Shown: piece after piece, positions 49,817 to 63,129 of the stretch
Numbering within the stretch: the first letter of the stretch is position 1
Layout of the letters: each line of letters starts with the position of its first letter
Assembly (NCBI GenBank): GCA_043228905.1
Contig: JBHGNT010000016.1
Span: 3,348,001 to 3,412,000 of the forward strand
Length of the DNA: 64,000 nt
Direction: 5' to 3'
Source: Azolla caroliniana
Taxonomy: Eukaryota > Plantae > Polypodiophyta
Made by a program: the position numbers and the translations under genes
Notes under the pieces: generated by a model
What the model saw: only the letters and a program-made list of their open reading frames with translations
Database searches by the model: none
What the model was told of the DNA's origin: nothing

Positions 49817-52800
49817 ATGGATGCTCAGAACCACGGCGTCATCGCACACACGGAAGGCTCCTGTTATTCCCCTCCTCCTTTCAAGGACGGCCCCGTCCTC
49901 AACCTCATGAGCAAGCGCCTCCGCGCCTTGAAGAAGAAATACAACAAGATCCTTCAGATCGAAGAGAGCAAATCCCAGGGTAAGTCTATCAATAAAGAAC
50001 AAGAAGAGGTATTGAAGTCGAAGATCTCTGTGTCTGTGCTCATAGATGAATATGAAAAGCTTCGCCAACCTTTGGCTATGGCTGTAAAGGAAGAATTAGC
50101 AGAAAAAGAGCAGGAACTCATGGCTTATATGAATATGCATACAAAAATAGAAGATGAAAAAGAAGAGAATCAAAAAGAAGAAGAAGAAGAAGAAGAAGAA
50201 GAAGAAGAAATAAAAGAAGAAGAAGAAGTAAACGTTTGTGTTTTCATGGAGCAGAAAGATACAGCAAGAAAATTTGAAGAAGAAGAAGAGGGAGGAGAAT
50301 TAAAAGAAGATGTTTTTTTCATGGAAGACAAAGAAGTTGAAGAGAAGCAACAAGAAAAAGCAAGTTTTGTCTTCGAAATGAAAGATAAAATAAGGACAAC
50401 GGATTCATTAACTGCTAAGCATGAGAAAAACAAATTTGGTTATTCTCTTGATGGGCAAATGGATCAGATGAACGATACCATAGAAAGATTTGTATCAGAG
50501 ATCTTAACATGTATCTATTTCGCACAGTTATTTGATGTGCGATCACAAGCTGAAAAATCTCGTCTATTCTGGACAAAGATACATGAGAGGAGCTCTTGCC
50601 TTTCATATGATTTTGTAACAGAAGATACACTCAGCCCTCTAACAGAGGCAGATTTGGATGACCTCTCATTCTTTGGTTTGATGATCACTTCGAGGCCACC
50701 AAATGCAATGTTATCACACAAGGATGCTCTCCAACAATGTATTAGTCATGCTAAACTTTGGCTAAACTCTTCAGATTCCTTAATACAAGATGGTCTTGAC
50801 CTTTCGTGTATCCTTTTGATGCCTTCTTTTTATGTAAGAATTTTTTCCATAGCATGTATGCTGAGTGTAACTCGCAGTTTTATCTTCACGTATCCTTTTG
50901 ATAGATTCTGTTGATGTAAGAGTGTTGGCGTAGCATGTAGTTCACAATTTAAGCATGAGCATCTATGCTCAACACCTGTGCTTAATCATCTGGTTTTTGG
51001 AAGGAGCTGAGACTTGTGAATCCTTCTGAACAATGGATGTATATGTAGGTGATATTACAGGTTTTTAATTTACTGAAGATTCAGGAGATTGATAGGTTTG
51101 AAGGATATAAATAACATTTGCATGTATTACATATCTGCTGATTTTATTTAATGTTTTAGGATATAAGTAATATAATGTTTGATCCCATCCATGGTGGAAG
51201 AAAACTGTACATGGATAGTTCCTGTGCCTGGGTATAAATTTTGTGTACCGTTGGAGGTGTCATTTTGAATTTCTAAACTAGAGGATCAAAGAAAAAATTA
51301 TGCTAAAGTCTTTCATTTCGTGGAATGTATCATCTCTTGTACAGTTTGCTATATGATTGAAATGGATTTTTAAGTAACAATTGGTTTCCTCAATATCGGT
51401 ATAAATCACAGATTCCCATTTGAAGGAAAGACTGAACAGAATTTTGTCATCAGAATATTATACCATGACTCCAGAATTGCAGATAGTGAGCCAACAGACG
51501 GCGGCTACTGCTGCAATGCAGTATGGATCAAGGATTTTTATCCATGAAGCATCGAGTAACGATGGTGTTATGGAATTGAAAGATGCCATGCCATCGTTCT
51601 ATCAACAGGTATCCAAAGAAGCAACTCCATGATTGTATTACTTATGTGTGCTTGAATGTAAGTGTTAGAGGGGGCATAAATCCATGTCATGTACAATGTT
51701 GATAACTTGTAACTTATGAGGGGATATTTGCCAAATATGTGCTGATGATTAAAAGCTATCAAGATCAAAGTAATGAATATAATTTTTTATTTTCTTAATC
51801 TGCACTTTCCAGTTTTTTTATTTTAAATCAAAGATTGTGGAATTCTTATCAACTAGAATTACACAAGAATTAGTTCTTGGAAGAACATGCATACTTATAT
51901 GTGTCATGGCGGTGGTGATGATTTAGTGGTGGCGTTAAGAGGCCAATTAAGCAGGTATGGCCTATGGGACCTGGAAGATGCCAATTAAGCAGGCATGACT
52001 CATGGCTGGTCTTGTATCTCTTTTATCATGATTTTCGAGTGTCATGGGTACCTTGGTGAGGTTTAGGGGTCACTGCAAGTGGATGAATCCAGCTGGTATG
52101 GATAAGGATATATAATCTTGGAGTTGCTATGCTTTTTCCTTGGATGCTAGTCTGAGCACATGGCAGTCACTAGATATTGGATATGGTTGGATGGTTTGTC
52201 AGATCCACATTTCTAGGCTGTCTTGTAGCAAGGGGATCCTTTGGGTTTCTCACTATTCTCTCTTTCTTCGTTAATTAGGGCTTCTTCTCCCAAATCATGT
52301 AGTCAATGGGGGATTTTTGCTAAGATCATTGGCAATAGATTGCAAAAATACTTGCTTTCAATTATGCACAAGGCTCAATATAGTTTTAATAGCAGGGCAG
52401 AATATTTTGCATAATGTTCTAAAACTGTTGATGTATCTCCCCCTCTCCCTGTGAAAGTTGATCACTTTGAGATTCTTCTTAGTTTGCACTTTCATTTTCC
52501 AATCTTCATTTTCCACGTTTAGCCTCTGTAGGTATCCACAATGACTATCGTGTATAATGACCCACTGAAGGATGGATGGAAAAATGTCTGTATAGGTTAT
52601 CTTGAACAAGAGAACGAGTTTTGCAAACTCAATGGGAGGTGTTACATTCCTATATTAAGAGCTGGACTCACCTCTTGGGACATGCCATATATGATGGAGT
52701 CTTTGGTTGTTTGCTGTAATGCACCATATCTTAAGTGATCAAACTGAGAATGTGCTAAAGAAGAAGCATTACCATAAGAAAGGAAGATGGTAGTTTTGAA

Positions 52801-55644
52801 GTTGGACTCAGTTCTTGGGGCACATCATATATGATGGAATCTTTGGATGCATGCTGCAATACACCATAGCTCAAATGACCAATGCGAGCATGGCATAAAG
52901 AAGAATAAGTGTTACCAAAATAAAGTCAATGAGCAGATTTGAAGAGAGATTTTTAATGATTTCCTTGTGCCAAAGGTTTATTGGGTGCTATATTGGAAAT
53001 GGTGAGCTTGCCACTCTCAAAGACAGCCTGAGCAACTAGTCTGTTTAGAGCTGTGACAGACAGCAGGCTTACTGTTAAATCAGGAGTATAGGGAGCCTCG
53101 ACTGAATTGAATTTGGCATGACCAGAAGAATCAAAGACTGCATTGTGACCTCCACAAGATTTTGATGGGAGTCCCCTAGAGTGATGCTCTTGTCCCTGTA
53201 AAGTGTGAGGTGAACAACACATGCATGGGTGGTTAACAATCGGCAACGGTTCGAGAGTGTCAAAACCGAACCATTTAAATTTTTTGAAAAACCATGGTTT
53301 TGTGGTTCGGTTTCGGTTTTCAACTTAGGTCAAAATTCAAAATTTAAAATTTAAAATTTTTAATTGTTTAACGTTTTAATTTTTCAAAATTTTAAAGATT
53401 TTTCCTAAAATGTGAGAATTAGGCTTAAAACTGAAAAGGTTGTTTATAAAATATATTAAAAAAATATTTAAAAACTATCAAACCGTTTAAACTGTGGTTT
53501 CAAACCATTAAAACCGAACCAAACCGTTCACCTCCAAACCGAACTGAACCGAACGGTTTAAAAAACTTGAATCTGAACTGAACCATTTAAATGGTTAAGC
53601 CGTTAAGCCTTGGTTTTGCGGTTCAGTTCGGTTCAAACTGAACCGTTGCCGATTGTTATGGCTGGTGGCTCCATTGTTTCCAATCCAGTCATGATACTGA
53701 GGATATTGAGGAACCCAAGAGCAAAGAATATGATTGCCTCCATTGAGTAGCTGATGTGGCTGAATTGTTTGCCTTTTCTCTCATGGTACCAATTGGAGCT
53801 CTCTCTGGAATTCTAATATGAAGTAACAGTTTTTATGCAAATAATGGCTCCATATGCTTTCATAATAGACACATTTTGTAATTTTGTTTTTTGCTGCATA
53901 GGGTGAAGAGAGCACCATCTACAGTACTAGATCATTTAGCTGGCAGTTGAACTGACCCTTGATCTACTTGAACGGGAAGGAAGTATTCTCCCAACTAGAA
54001 AGCTCTAATAGAGGGGATGCTAGCAGACTTGAATTAGCTATGTACCTCACTGGAAGTTTAAATAATAGCATTAGAAACATGCATTCAGAACGATTTTGCT
54101 GTCCCCCAGTATAAGACTATTCCTTACTAGCCCAACAATTAAGGTTGGAATCAACAATGGAGTTCTGAACTCCTGTCCTGAATGCAAAATGCATGCGAAA
54201 GGAAGTTTGTAAACATGTCAGTGATGTGCTTTCAGTTCTAGAATGCTGTGTACATGGTCCTGAACTTCTTGGATGAGACAAATGGGTTCTTGACCATGAC
54301 ACTCAAAAGAGGTTTTAGGCAATATCAAATTGTCGTGCACGTTGGCCCTAACCATCTGAAACATGCCACCATCACCCTTGTCATCAATAGGTAAAGGCCA
54401 TTATCACCTGTCACCCATCTTCAATCAGGCAGAAGCTTCAGTCTATCTAAGCCCAGAAGCTTAAGTGCTTAGCTAACAAGACTCTTTGTACCTTACATTG
54501 AGTTTTATTTATTTATTTTGGTTTGTTCTCAAAGATAGGACAACATTTTAAGATGTAGTCTCACTTGGTCTCATATGCTATCTTGGCCTCTTAAAAGACA
54601 TTAATGTAACTTCTTTTGTTCTTCATTAGCTGTACTGAGCGTTCAAGTACTACAAAAAAAGTAATTATGATAAATGCTGATATTTTGTTAAGAGTACTGT
54701 GTACAATCATACATGCAAACAAGTGGCTCTGTTAAATAAAAAACTTGGGATATTTATAGGGATGCAAGGCAGCCTCAAGGTTTTTGTAGGGCCGATATAT
54801 GTTAGATATGCAGATTTTCGACTCATAGAGAGTATACTGAAGGTCTATAGAATCATATGCCCCAAAATTGTTGAGAAGAGCATTATGTGTCTGTCCTCTG
54901 TTGAATGCTAGAGGTTATTCTTTCTAGATTATTCAGTGCCCTCGCTAGCATGTTATCACAAGTATGATTGAGATGTTTAACATATGATCAAATGGCTTAT
55001 CAGAACACAACTGTAATGTGTTCTTTGGGCGTAGCAACAAGATGTTGGACCAGATCAACAGTTGCTTTACCATAATGAAAATCTCTATAGCGCTCAGCCT
55101 ATGCCAAATACTTTAGAAACATCTGGAACTGCAAATGAGGGAGGTCAAGTACTACAGGTATGGCTAGATGCTCTATGAGCACATCAATATACATAATTGA
55201 ACATCTCTTAAGTTTTCTTTTGTCTACCACTAGGATGTAACAAGTACTGGAAGTTATCCTTTACCTGAAACAGTAAGGCAGGAGGAAGTTACAAACTCTG
55301 AGGACAATGTTCTACAGCAAGAGGAATCACAAAAGTCGGAAAGCCAACAGCCTGATGAACACGTTCCCAATGTAAGTGTTGGTCCAAAAGGTTACCAAGT
55401 TTCCAAAGGTGATGGAAGAGGTTACAACTATGGGGCAAGTGGGAGAGGAAGAGGGAGAGGGTATCGGCATGGTGGGTATGGAAATGAGAGTGGACATGAT
55501 GGGTATAGAATTCAGGGTGGAGATCGACAATATCACGATCTAGGAGGATATCATCCCAGAAACTATTATGGAAGAGGGGGTCATGGTGGAAGGGATGGTA
55601 GTTCACTGTATAATGGTTATGAAAATAAACACCCCCCATCGTAA
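49817..55644 (+). CDS. Caprin-like / glycine-rich (RGG) protein, At1g27090-like, 4 exons, 573 aa
   Basis: Exons 49817-50807, 51412-51608, 55035-55157 and 55234-55644 (1722 nt, phases consistent). N-terminal DGPVLNLMSKRLRALKKKYNKI..INKEQEEVL coiled coil; poly-Glu linker; YFAQLFDV..HERSSCLSYDFVT..LSHKDAL..C..HAKLWL..LKERLNRILSSEYYT; C-terminal GRGRGRG/YHPRNYYGRGG. Confidence 0.85.
50808..51411 (+). other. U12-type (minor spliceosome) GT-AG intron
   Basis: 5' splice site GTATCCTTTT (U12 consensus RTATCCTTT). Branch-point-like TTCCTCAAT at 51386-51394, close to the CAG 3' splice site, with no polypyrimidine tract. Splicing restores the frame (LS-Y-SHLKERL). Confidence 0.88.
52955..53720 (-). pseudogene. 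Copia protease-region remnant, split by a MITE
   Basis: Minus strand DWIGNNGATSH (cf. W..DSGATSHM) on one side of the MITE. On the other side, ..YTPDLTVSLLSVTAL....AVF..GKLTI....LAQG. Confidence 0.6.
53234..53658 (+). mobile_element. hAT-type MITE (425 bp)
   Basis: Perfect 19-bp TIR TAACAATCGGCAACGGTTC / GAACCGTTGCCGATTGTTA. 8-bp TSD TGGGTGGT / TGGCTGGT (7/8). AACCG subterminal repeats. Confidence 0.9.
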
Positions 55645-58600
55645 TATTGTAGATTACATACACCCTCCGTGAAAGTTAGTCTGATAATGAAATGAAAGTT
55701 TTGGAGCAGTCTTCAGTGTTTCATGACTGTTCTAACTAGTTTCCACATTGAATGTATTTTTATGATGTATATAAAGATATCCTTCATCTAAAAAGGCAGG
55801 TTGGTTCCAAGTTTAAGTTGATTATATCATTTATTGTCATGTAATGTCAAAAGCATGTTTACCACCAGAAGGCTTGCATTCAAACGACCCAGGGTTTTCG
55901 GGTGAAAGAAACATCACTTTTTTCTGGTTGGTTGCTTATTAGAAAGGATAGCATCCAGAGGTAAAATAGCACACACTAGTTATTGTGTCTGATATTGGTG
56001 GAAGTTCGAAAAACGGAAAGTGTAAAAAAAGCGATTGAGTTTGTCTCAAGGCCATGGAAACAGTCTTGATTATTCCTTCAGGCTTCAATGAACTGCTATG
56101 AATGTTAAAGAATCATTTATTTTCCATAGCATCCAAAGATAAAAGGGCATATGCTAGTTCTACAAACTCACTAAAAGGGAGTCTAATTACTACTTTAGAT
56201 TAATATTGCTTGTTGATATGTTGTTTCCATTTGACATTCCAAAAGGGACAACAAAGTTCCATGCATTGAAATATATTGGTCATTTAGCCTACAAACTAGT
56301 GCTGAAAACATGATCTAAAAGTTTGTCTTAAGGTCATAGTAAAATCTCTGCGAAGATTTACTTCGGTTATTTTCTTGTTGCAACTCTTGTTGCTTTGATG
56401 TGTCTAGTTATAAACTATTTATCTTATCATGAAGTGTATGATCATTTAAATGATAGTAAGCTCATAAGGTTTCGTGTCAAAAGGACCTACCATATGGTAT
56501 TATGAACCCAAACATTTAATGTTTAGAATATGTTCAAGAACTATGCTCATGTTTAAAGCTTCTAGTGCATTTGTTAATATTTGGATAGGTAGAATCGTTC
56601 GAAACTTTTGGGTTTGTCCCAAATAGGATGTGCATGTGAATCTTGTCTTGGGAAGGTGGGCTAATTAGGCCAATGTATGGAAAAGGAGTGGATACCTCAT
56701 TGGAAAGTGCAAAACATCACTTGTTAAAACTCATAATGAGCAAAGCCTAATATATAGAATTTTGTAGATTTTTCTTCTCCTATTCACAATCTCTCATCTT
56801 CTTGTTACTCTAGTTTTTGCATTAGATATGATCCTACAAATTTGTATATGAATTATTGACTTCACTATACATAGAAAACATTGTCTTTCACAATTGTGGC
56901 CACCCTGACGGGTGAATAGGTTAGTTTTTAAGTAACTAGTAGCCAAAGAGTAATATGAACTCGTGTTTTGATGCATGATTCTAGAAGATGTTGCCAACAT
57001 GACCTTATAAAGACATATCTTGCAAACAAGAATCTAGAGGGTGTTTGCATACATACATACATATATATGTACAATGTCTATGTGCAAAGGTAGTGTAGAC
57101 ACAATTTGCTAAGTGATGTGATGAATGAACATCAAGCAAGTACCACAAGGTGTAATCAAAATTGGCTAAAGTTTCTAAGTGAAAAACAAACTTTTTTTTA
57201 TGTTGGGATTTGGTTAAAGTTATGGCATAATGTTGATGGAACTTGTATTAAACTACTTAGATATGTGGTCCTAATTTTGCCAGGTTTTTCGTCACTTAAT
57301 TTTATTCTCTCATCTCCCCATGTGTTCCTCTTGACTCTCACATCATGCCCATGGGTCACATTTAGGCCCCTTGCCTCTTCTAAAGTCTCTCATATGGTCA
57401 TTCTAGTCCAGTCTCAACTCTTGTGATTCCTTTTATCTTCCCCATCTTGCTTATCTTCTCCGTTATCATCTCTTCTACTCATCCTCTCCTTTTGTTGGTT
57501 CACACGTTCTTCTCTTCATCCTCTAGTCCCCTCATACAATGTTTTGGTCATCCCTTCATATGCCAACCACTTCCTCCACTCAACCTCTCCCATTTCATCA
57601 TGGCATTCATAAGTTATAACACTCAAAACAAAAATTTGAGAAAAAACATAATTGGCTAAAAGCATTCTTTGTTCAAGCCCAAAGCAATAATAAATGAATT
57701 TACACTAAAACCAAAAATTAGAAAACAAATAATCAACCACATAAACCAAGCCAATTTAAATGAGCTTGTATATAGAGCAATCACAACAACCAAGGAAGAT
57801 ATTGAGTTTGGGCATGTAAACGCATTCTAGTCATGAGCTGACGAAGCACAAAGTTGCGTTTGCTTTTGAGTGGACTATGAATTACTTTATGTTCACCTTA
57901 AACTTCCATGAGGTCATTGAGATTAAGCAAGACATCAACATGTCATGTCATTTGCAAAATTGCTGAGAAAAGCAAGAATAGAGATCCAAAAATTTCTTGA
58001 TAATTTTGTAAAGATATGTGAAGGAGTCACTCGTTAGTGAATTTCTTGAGGTTTGGATAGACCAATATTAGTAGTCGAGAGGACAAAGGAAGCATTAGAA
58101 CAATGTTGTCAACTTGTCCATGGTTGGAATATGTTGGTTCAATGGTATGGATGATCGGATCCAAAGGAAATGATGGATTATAGCCCAAATCATTGAATTA
58201 TTAAATCAACACTTTTGAAGAAATGAATATAAAAGCAAGTCATTGAGTCAAGAGTGAGCTGAAAAACTAATCAACACAACATCAATGAAGCATGTAGTTT
58301 GTTGTCCAAAATTGAATTATATTTTGATGATTGATATCTTACGAAGTTGGACATTCAAACATCTCTCCATGATAGAATACTTCGCTTAAAAAGAAGGTAC
58401 ATATTTAAAGGTAATCATTTTGGGGCTTTGTGCACTCAAAAGGATGTGTCCCACATGCATAGCAAGGAGTCAATAACTAGATTAACATTATCTACTTAGT
58501 GGATAAATGGTTTCATCAAGAATGGCTATGTAATATAAAGTAAACAATATAGAATACGAACAGATATTAAGAACAGAAGTAATTAGGATCTTGGAATCTC

Positions 58601-61600
58601 AAATTGTTAAAGCTATATAAGGATGTGCCACACATGCAAGTTGTGGTCAAGTAATAAACAAATAGCTATGATTAAGGTTCTCAACAAATCTATGGACAAT
58701 GTGAGTTGGTGGTTTATCTATATCGCAACGTTAATGATGTTCTTGCAAGTTTTTAATGAAATTATGCATCATATTAGCATTGCACATTCTTTGTTCTTCG
58801 TTGTTTCCATCTTTGAAGTCTAAATTAAAATCAATGGCATGCGTAGTTTAATGCACATGCATCATTTGGTTCAACTAAAACTTATAATATTTAAGTGGTT
58901 TGCTTGTCAATTATGAATGTCATTCCTACATGAATTGAATGTGCCAAACATGAACCCAACCTACATAATTTGAATTTGAAGGGAATTCATAGGAAGAAAT
59001 ACACATTATATTGATAGGAACAAATGTTAGGTGCGATGGGAGTTTTTTCGTAACTAATAAACCCTCCTATACGTTAAGTACCCTCAAATATAGATGTTTT
59101 TGAAATTTGAAATTTGATGCGTACTTTTTGGGGTACTTTTGATGGCATTTCAAGGTCTCCTTTCTTGGCTTGGTGCTATGCTAGTTTTTATGAATGCTAT
59201 TACCTCATTCTTTAGTTACATATTAAGATTAAATTCCAATACAACATACAAATATATTAAGATTAAATTTCATAAGATAAAAATATCCTCGCATTTTACC
59301 CTACATCTTCCATGGTTTGTACGTGATCATATAACTTTTCAAATTTTGGGATTTCACTAGACATATCTCCTCTTCATGTCCTTTCATATATGAACTACTC
59401 ATATCCGTTCATATCTTACTTATGACATTCCAATATGTGTGTATCTTCTCTATAGTCTTTTAAATAATTCACTGCTATACAAAATGTTCATCCAATAACC
59501 AAGTGGATTCACTAATCCTATCGATAATGGTAAATGTGTCATGCATTGTCTCTGCATAAGTTTATTTGGGCTACATAAGTTGTGACGTAATATGAAGTTT
59601 TGCTTTGAAGCTCTGGCATGATTGTCATTACATTCCTAATATTCAATGGAACAATGATGTTATTTTGTTTTCATAAACATGGATTCCTTAAGCAAACTAG
59701 CAAGATCGTAATTTCTATTTGGCATAGATGATTGAATGAGACAAAAATTGGCGATTGTTTTGAATGTAAAAATAGAGATGAAACTACCTTCCCAATAGAA
59801 ATGTTTAGATTTGTGAACACATGTGAGTACGGAAAGTTTTATTTGACTTCATGCAATGATGTATAAAGTTCTTGACAAGCACACGATGAATTTTTGGAGA
59901 TATTTTCTTGTTGATTGCCTTTCAAACATATATTGTTCATGACATGCTTGTGAGTTAGTCGACTTCACAATGGTAAGTTTAGAGGTTGGAAAACGCCCTA
60001 GCGAATGACATTTGAAAACATGCAAAAATCAAGGCAACTGAAGTTGTCTCTATGTGTGGCCATCACAAGCTTCACTGGTATGAAATTAGGTTTGAATCTA
60101 TTTTAAAACATTGTCATCTTTATAATCTTGTTCTTGCTACCCTCCCTCCCCCTTCCCCCTTCTTTTTCAATTGCAATGAAACCCATAGATGTTATGATGC
60201 CATGATGGCGAAGGATAAATTAATACTCTTATTAGTGCTTTTCCATAACACTGCTTGTCTTGCTAAGGTTGTAAGGTATTTGCAACTTCTTTGACAAGAA
60301 AGAATTAGAATCTTTTTAAAAACAAAAAGGTTGTTGCCTCTCTATCAAATTCTTATTCTTACCCACCCACCTAATATCTTTCTCTTTACCTACCTACCTT
60401 TCTATCTCTCTATCTATCTATTTTCCCACTTGTCCATCTTTTGACCGCGAGAGTACCTTCTTTTTTGCTGGCATTCCATTCTTCTCGCGTCTTTACTCCA
60501 TTCACAACAACTAAATCCCATCTATTTGTTTACTTTACCTCTACATGAATAGCTAATATTACTTGCCGCATGCATAAATAATTGGCATATCCCAATCATC
60601 TTGCAAAACACCTACTAGCTAATCAATACACACTTACATATTTGCAATTGGAATGCCCATTGTTGTCTTCAAATCTCTTATTAGTTTTAATGTTCATAAA
60701 ACCTACAATTTGATGGATGTGAACTTTGTGAAACCATCACCTTAAATCTTCATGGGAATGTGAGAAGAAGAGATATTCGCCCTAGTGTGCTTGTAAGAAA
60801 CTGAGGTGCACAAATTGGACATACAAGAAAACACATTTAGTATAGCACCGTTGTCAAGGCTTTAGAAACATTGTCCTATCCCAAGCCACATTACTTGGAT
60901 TACAAAGTGTAAAGTAATACATTTGAATACGATTTCTTTTTCGGATCGTGAATTTACACTAAAAAAACAAATTGAATGCTAAAAGAATGAACTAAAGCCT
61001 ATGAAAAGTAACCCGTCACTTGAGGAGCAGAGGGGGCATGAAATGTAGACCTAACACGTGGGTTTAATAGAAGGGATTCTTAAAATCCATACTTTACAGG
61101 TTATTTTACATGCACAATGTACCATTTAAACGGATAGTCACGTATTGAACAGAGAAATGGGTCTATTTTATTGTTGAAACTACAAACAACATGATTTTTA
61201 AATAGCTCTTGAATGCACATGATATAGATAGCATATGGACATTGAACATCCTACTCCCCCTAGAAGAAACCGTTGATTCATTAGAAAAGTAGCACCTCTT
61301 TTTTCATTTATTTTCACTCGGTATGATTTTCCATTTTAAAGAAAATATGTATGCAAGTATTGAAACCTTAGGACCTCAGTAAATATTATTTAAAACATAG
61401 AAAGAGAGTCGACAAATCTTCGCCAAAGAAACGTGTGCCTCATAGATTCATTTATTGCCAAGTTGAATGATTAAGCATATCGTGCACAACCTAGTCATCA
61501 TGGATCAAGGATATAAGATTAATCTTTAGGTGTCATAAGTCTAGGATTGTGATTGCATAAATATGTAAGATGACAAAATGACCCTACATAAGGACTCTAT

Positions 61601-62476
61601 ATGGTTCATGTGCCCTCAAAGTTTAAATGACTGCTACTGCCTTTTTCTTGATCTACCCAAATGATCATGATTAGTTCAAACGGTTAATAGTGACGCTAAA
61701 AAGAGCAATGTCTAAATACCTCCATCAAGCTATTTGTCTCTATTACCAATGTTAGATTTCAAAAGTGATCGAGTGTTATATAATTATGAAAAAATTGTTT
61801 TGGTTTTACTTAATTATCCAATTTTACAAAGAAATGGAAACACAACTTCCTTCTCAACCGAAAGTTAGACGTGACCTTTTGAGGTAGGTAGATTGAAGAG
61901 TTTTGGGGGTTTGAAAAATATTGGCAACCTTTTGTGTTAGGTAAATGTATAGGGTTAAGTATATTCATTAAAGGGCCCCTCCTTTCTGTAGATGAAAGGA
62001 CATAAAGTAAGGCGATTGTAGCAATAACTTAAAGCTCAACATAGAGTTTCTTATAAGTGGACTCTTTTTCCAAACATTTAATAATTTACAATACCACGGT
62101 CATGTCGGAACTCCAATTACAAGCACATGCCTAAGAGAATGTGATGTCATATCAAAGTTATTTTTTATAATGATTCCTATAACCTTTTTATATAAATTCA
62201 TTAACATTAGCCAAAGCATAATGGAGTACATGGTGTTGACTATCTTCAAGCAAAATATGCCTCTATGGTCTAGAAAGTGCCTTAGGTGCAAAATGGCAAA
62301 TTAGAGAATGATGCATAATGAAGATATGCAAGACATGTCTTGAAGATATGTTGTTTGTGAAAGAGACCTTTGGGAGTAACATACGTAAAGTTTAGACAAC
62401 TTATTACAAGGAAAATAATTTGTTTTCCTTCACACCAATGCTTTAACATAGAAGTGTGGTTGAATTTCCTACGGGG

Positions 62477-62517
<41 letters not shown>

Positions 62518-62988
62518 TAACAATCGGCAACGGTTCAGTTTGATTCGAGAGGGTCCAAACCGAACCGTTTAATTTTTTTGAAACCCAACCAAACCAAACC
62601 ACGAAACCGCTAAACATTTTTGAAACCATTAAACCGTAAAAACTGTGGTTTCGTGGTTCAGTTTCGGTTTTCAACATAGGTCAAATTTTTAATTTTTAAT
62701 TTTTTAAAATTTATAAAATTTCATTATTTAGAATTTTTAAAATTTTTAAGATGTTCCTAAAATGTGAGAATAAGGTGCAAAAATGAAAAAATTGTTTAAA
62801 AACAATTTTAAAAAAATTTTAAAAAATTTTAAAAATTTTAAAAAATAAAAACCATTAAACCCTTTAAACCGCGGTTTTTTACTATTGAAACCAAACCTGA
62901 ACTTGAACCCAACCAAACCGTTGAAATCGTTAAGCCGTTAAAGCGCGGTTTCATGGTTCGGTTCCGTTCAAACCATTGCCGATTGTTA
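62518..62988 (+). mobile_element. hAT-type MITE (471 bp) inserted in a (GA)n microsatellite
   Basis: TIRs TAACAATCGGCAACGGTT / AACCATTGCCGATTGTTA, flanked by AGAGAGAG on both sides. Same family as 53234-53658. Confidence 0.9.
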
Positions 62989-63129
62989 AGAGAGAGAGAG
63001 AGAGAGAAAGAGAGATCAATTTTGTTATCACCCCAAAGGTTCAAACAAGAATTGTGGAACCAAAATTGAACATTTTTACATAGTTTATGTGGAACCAAGT
63101 GATGATCCTTGATGTTCAAGAATTTTACT

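Noticed and set aside
49676-50914. 412-aa ORF as a complete protein
   Set aside because: The likely start is ATG 49817, and the last ~35 codons are read-through into the U12 intron.
55900-62450. Long AT-rich stretch with short ORFs (also 38240-39400, 40300-41270, 47300-49000)
   Set aside because: Probably very old TE debris, but I could not recognise termini or protein motifs, so it is left unannotated.
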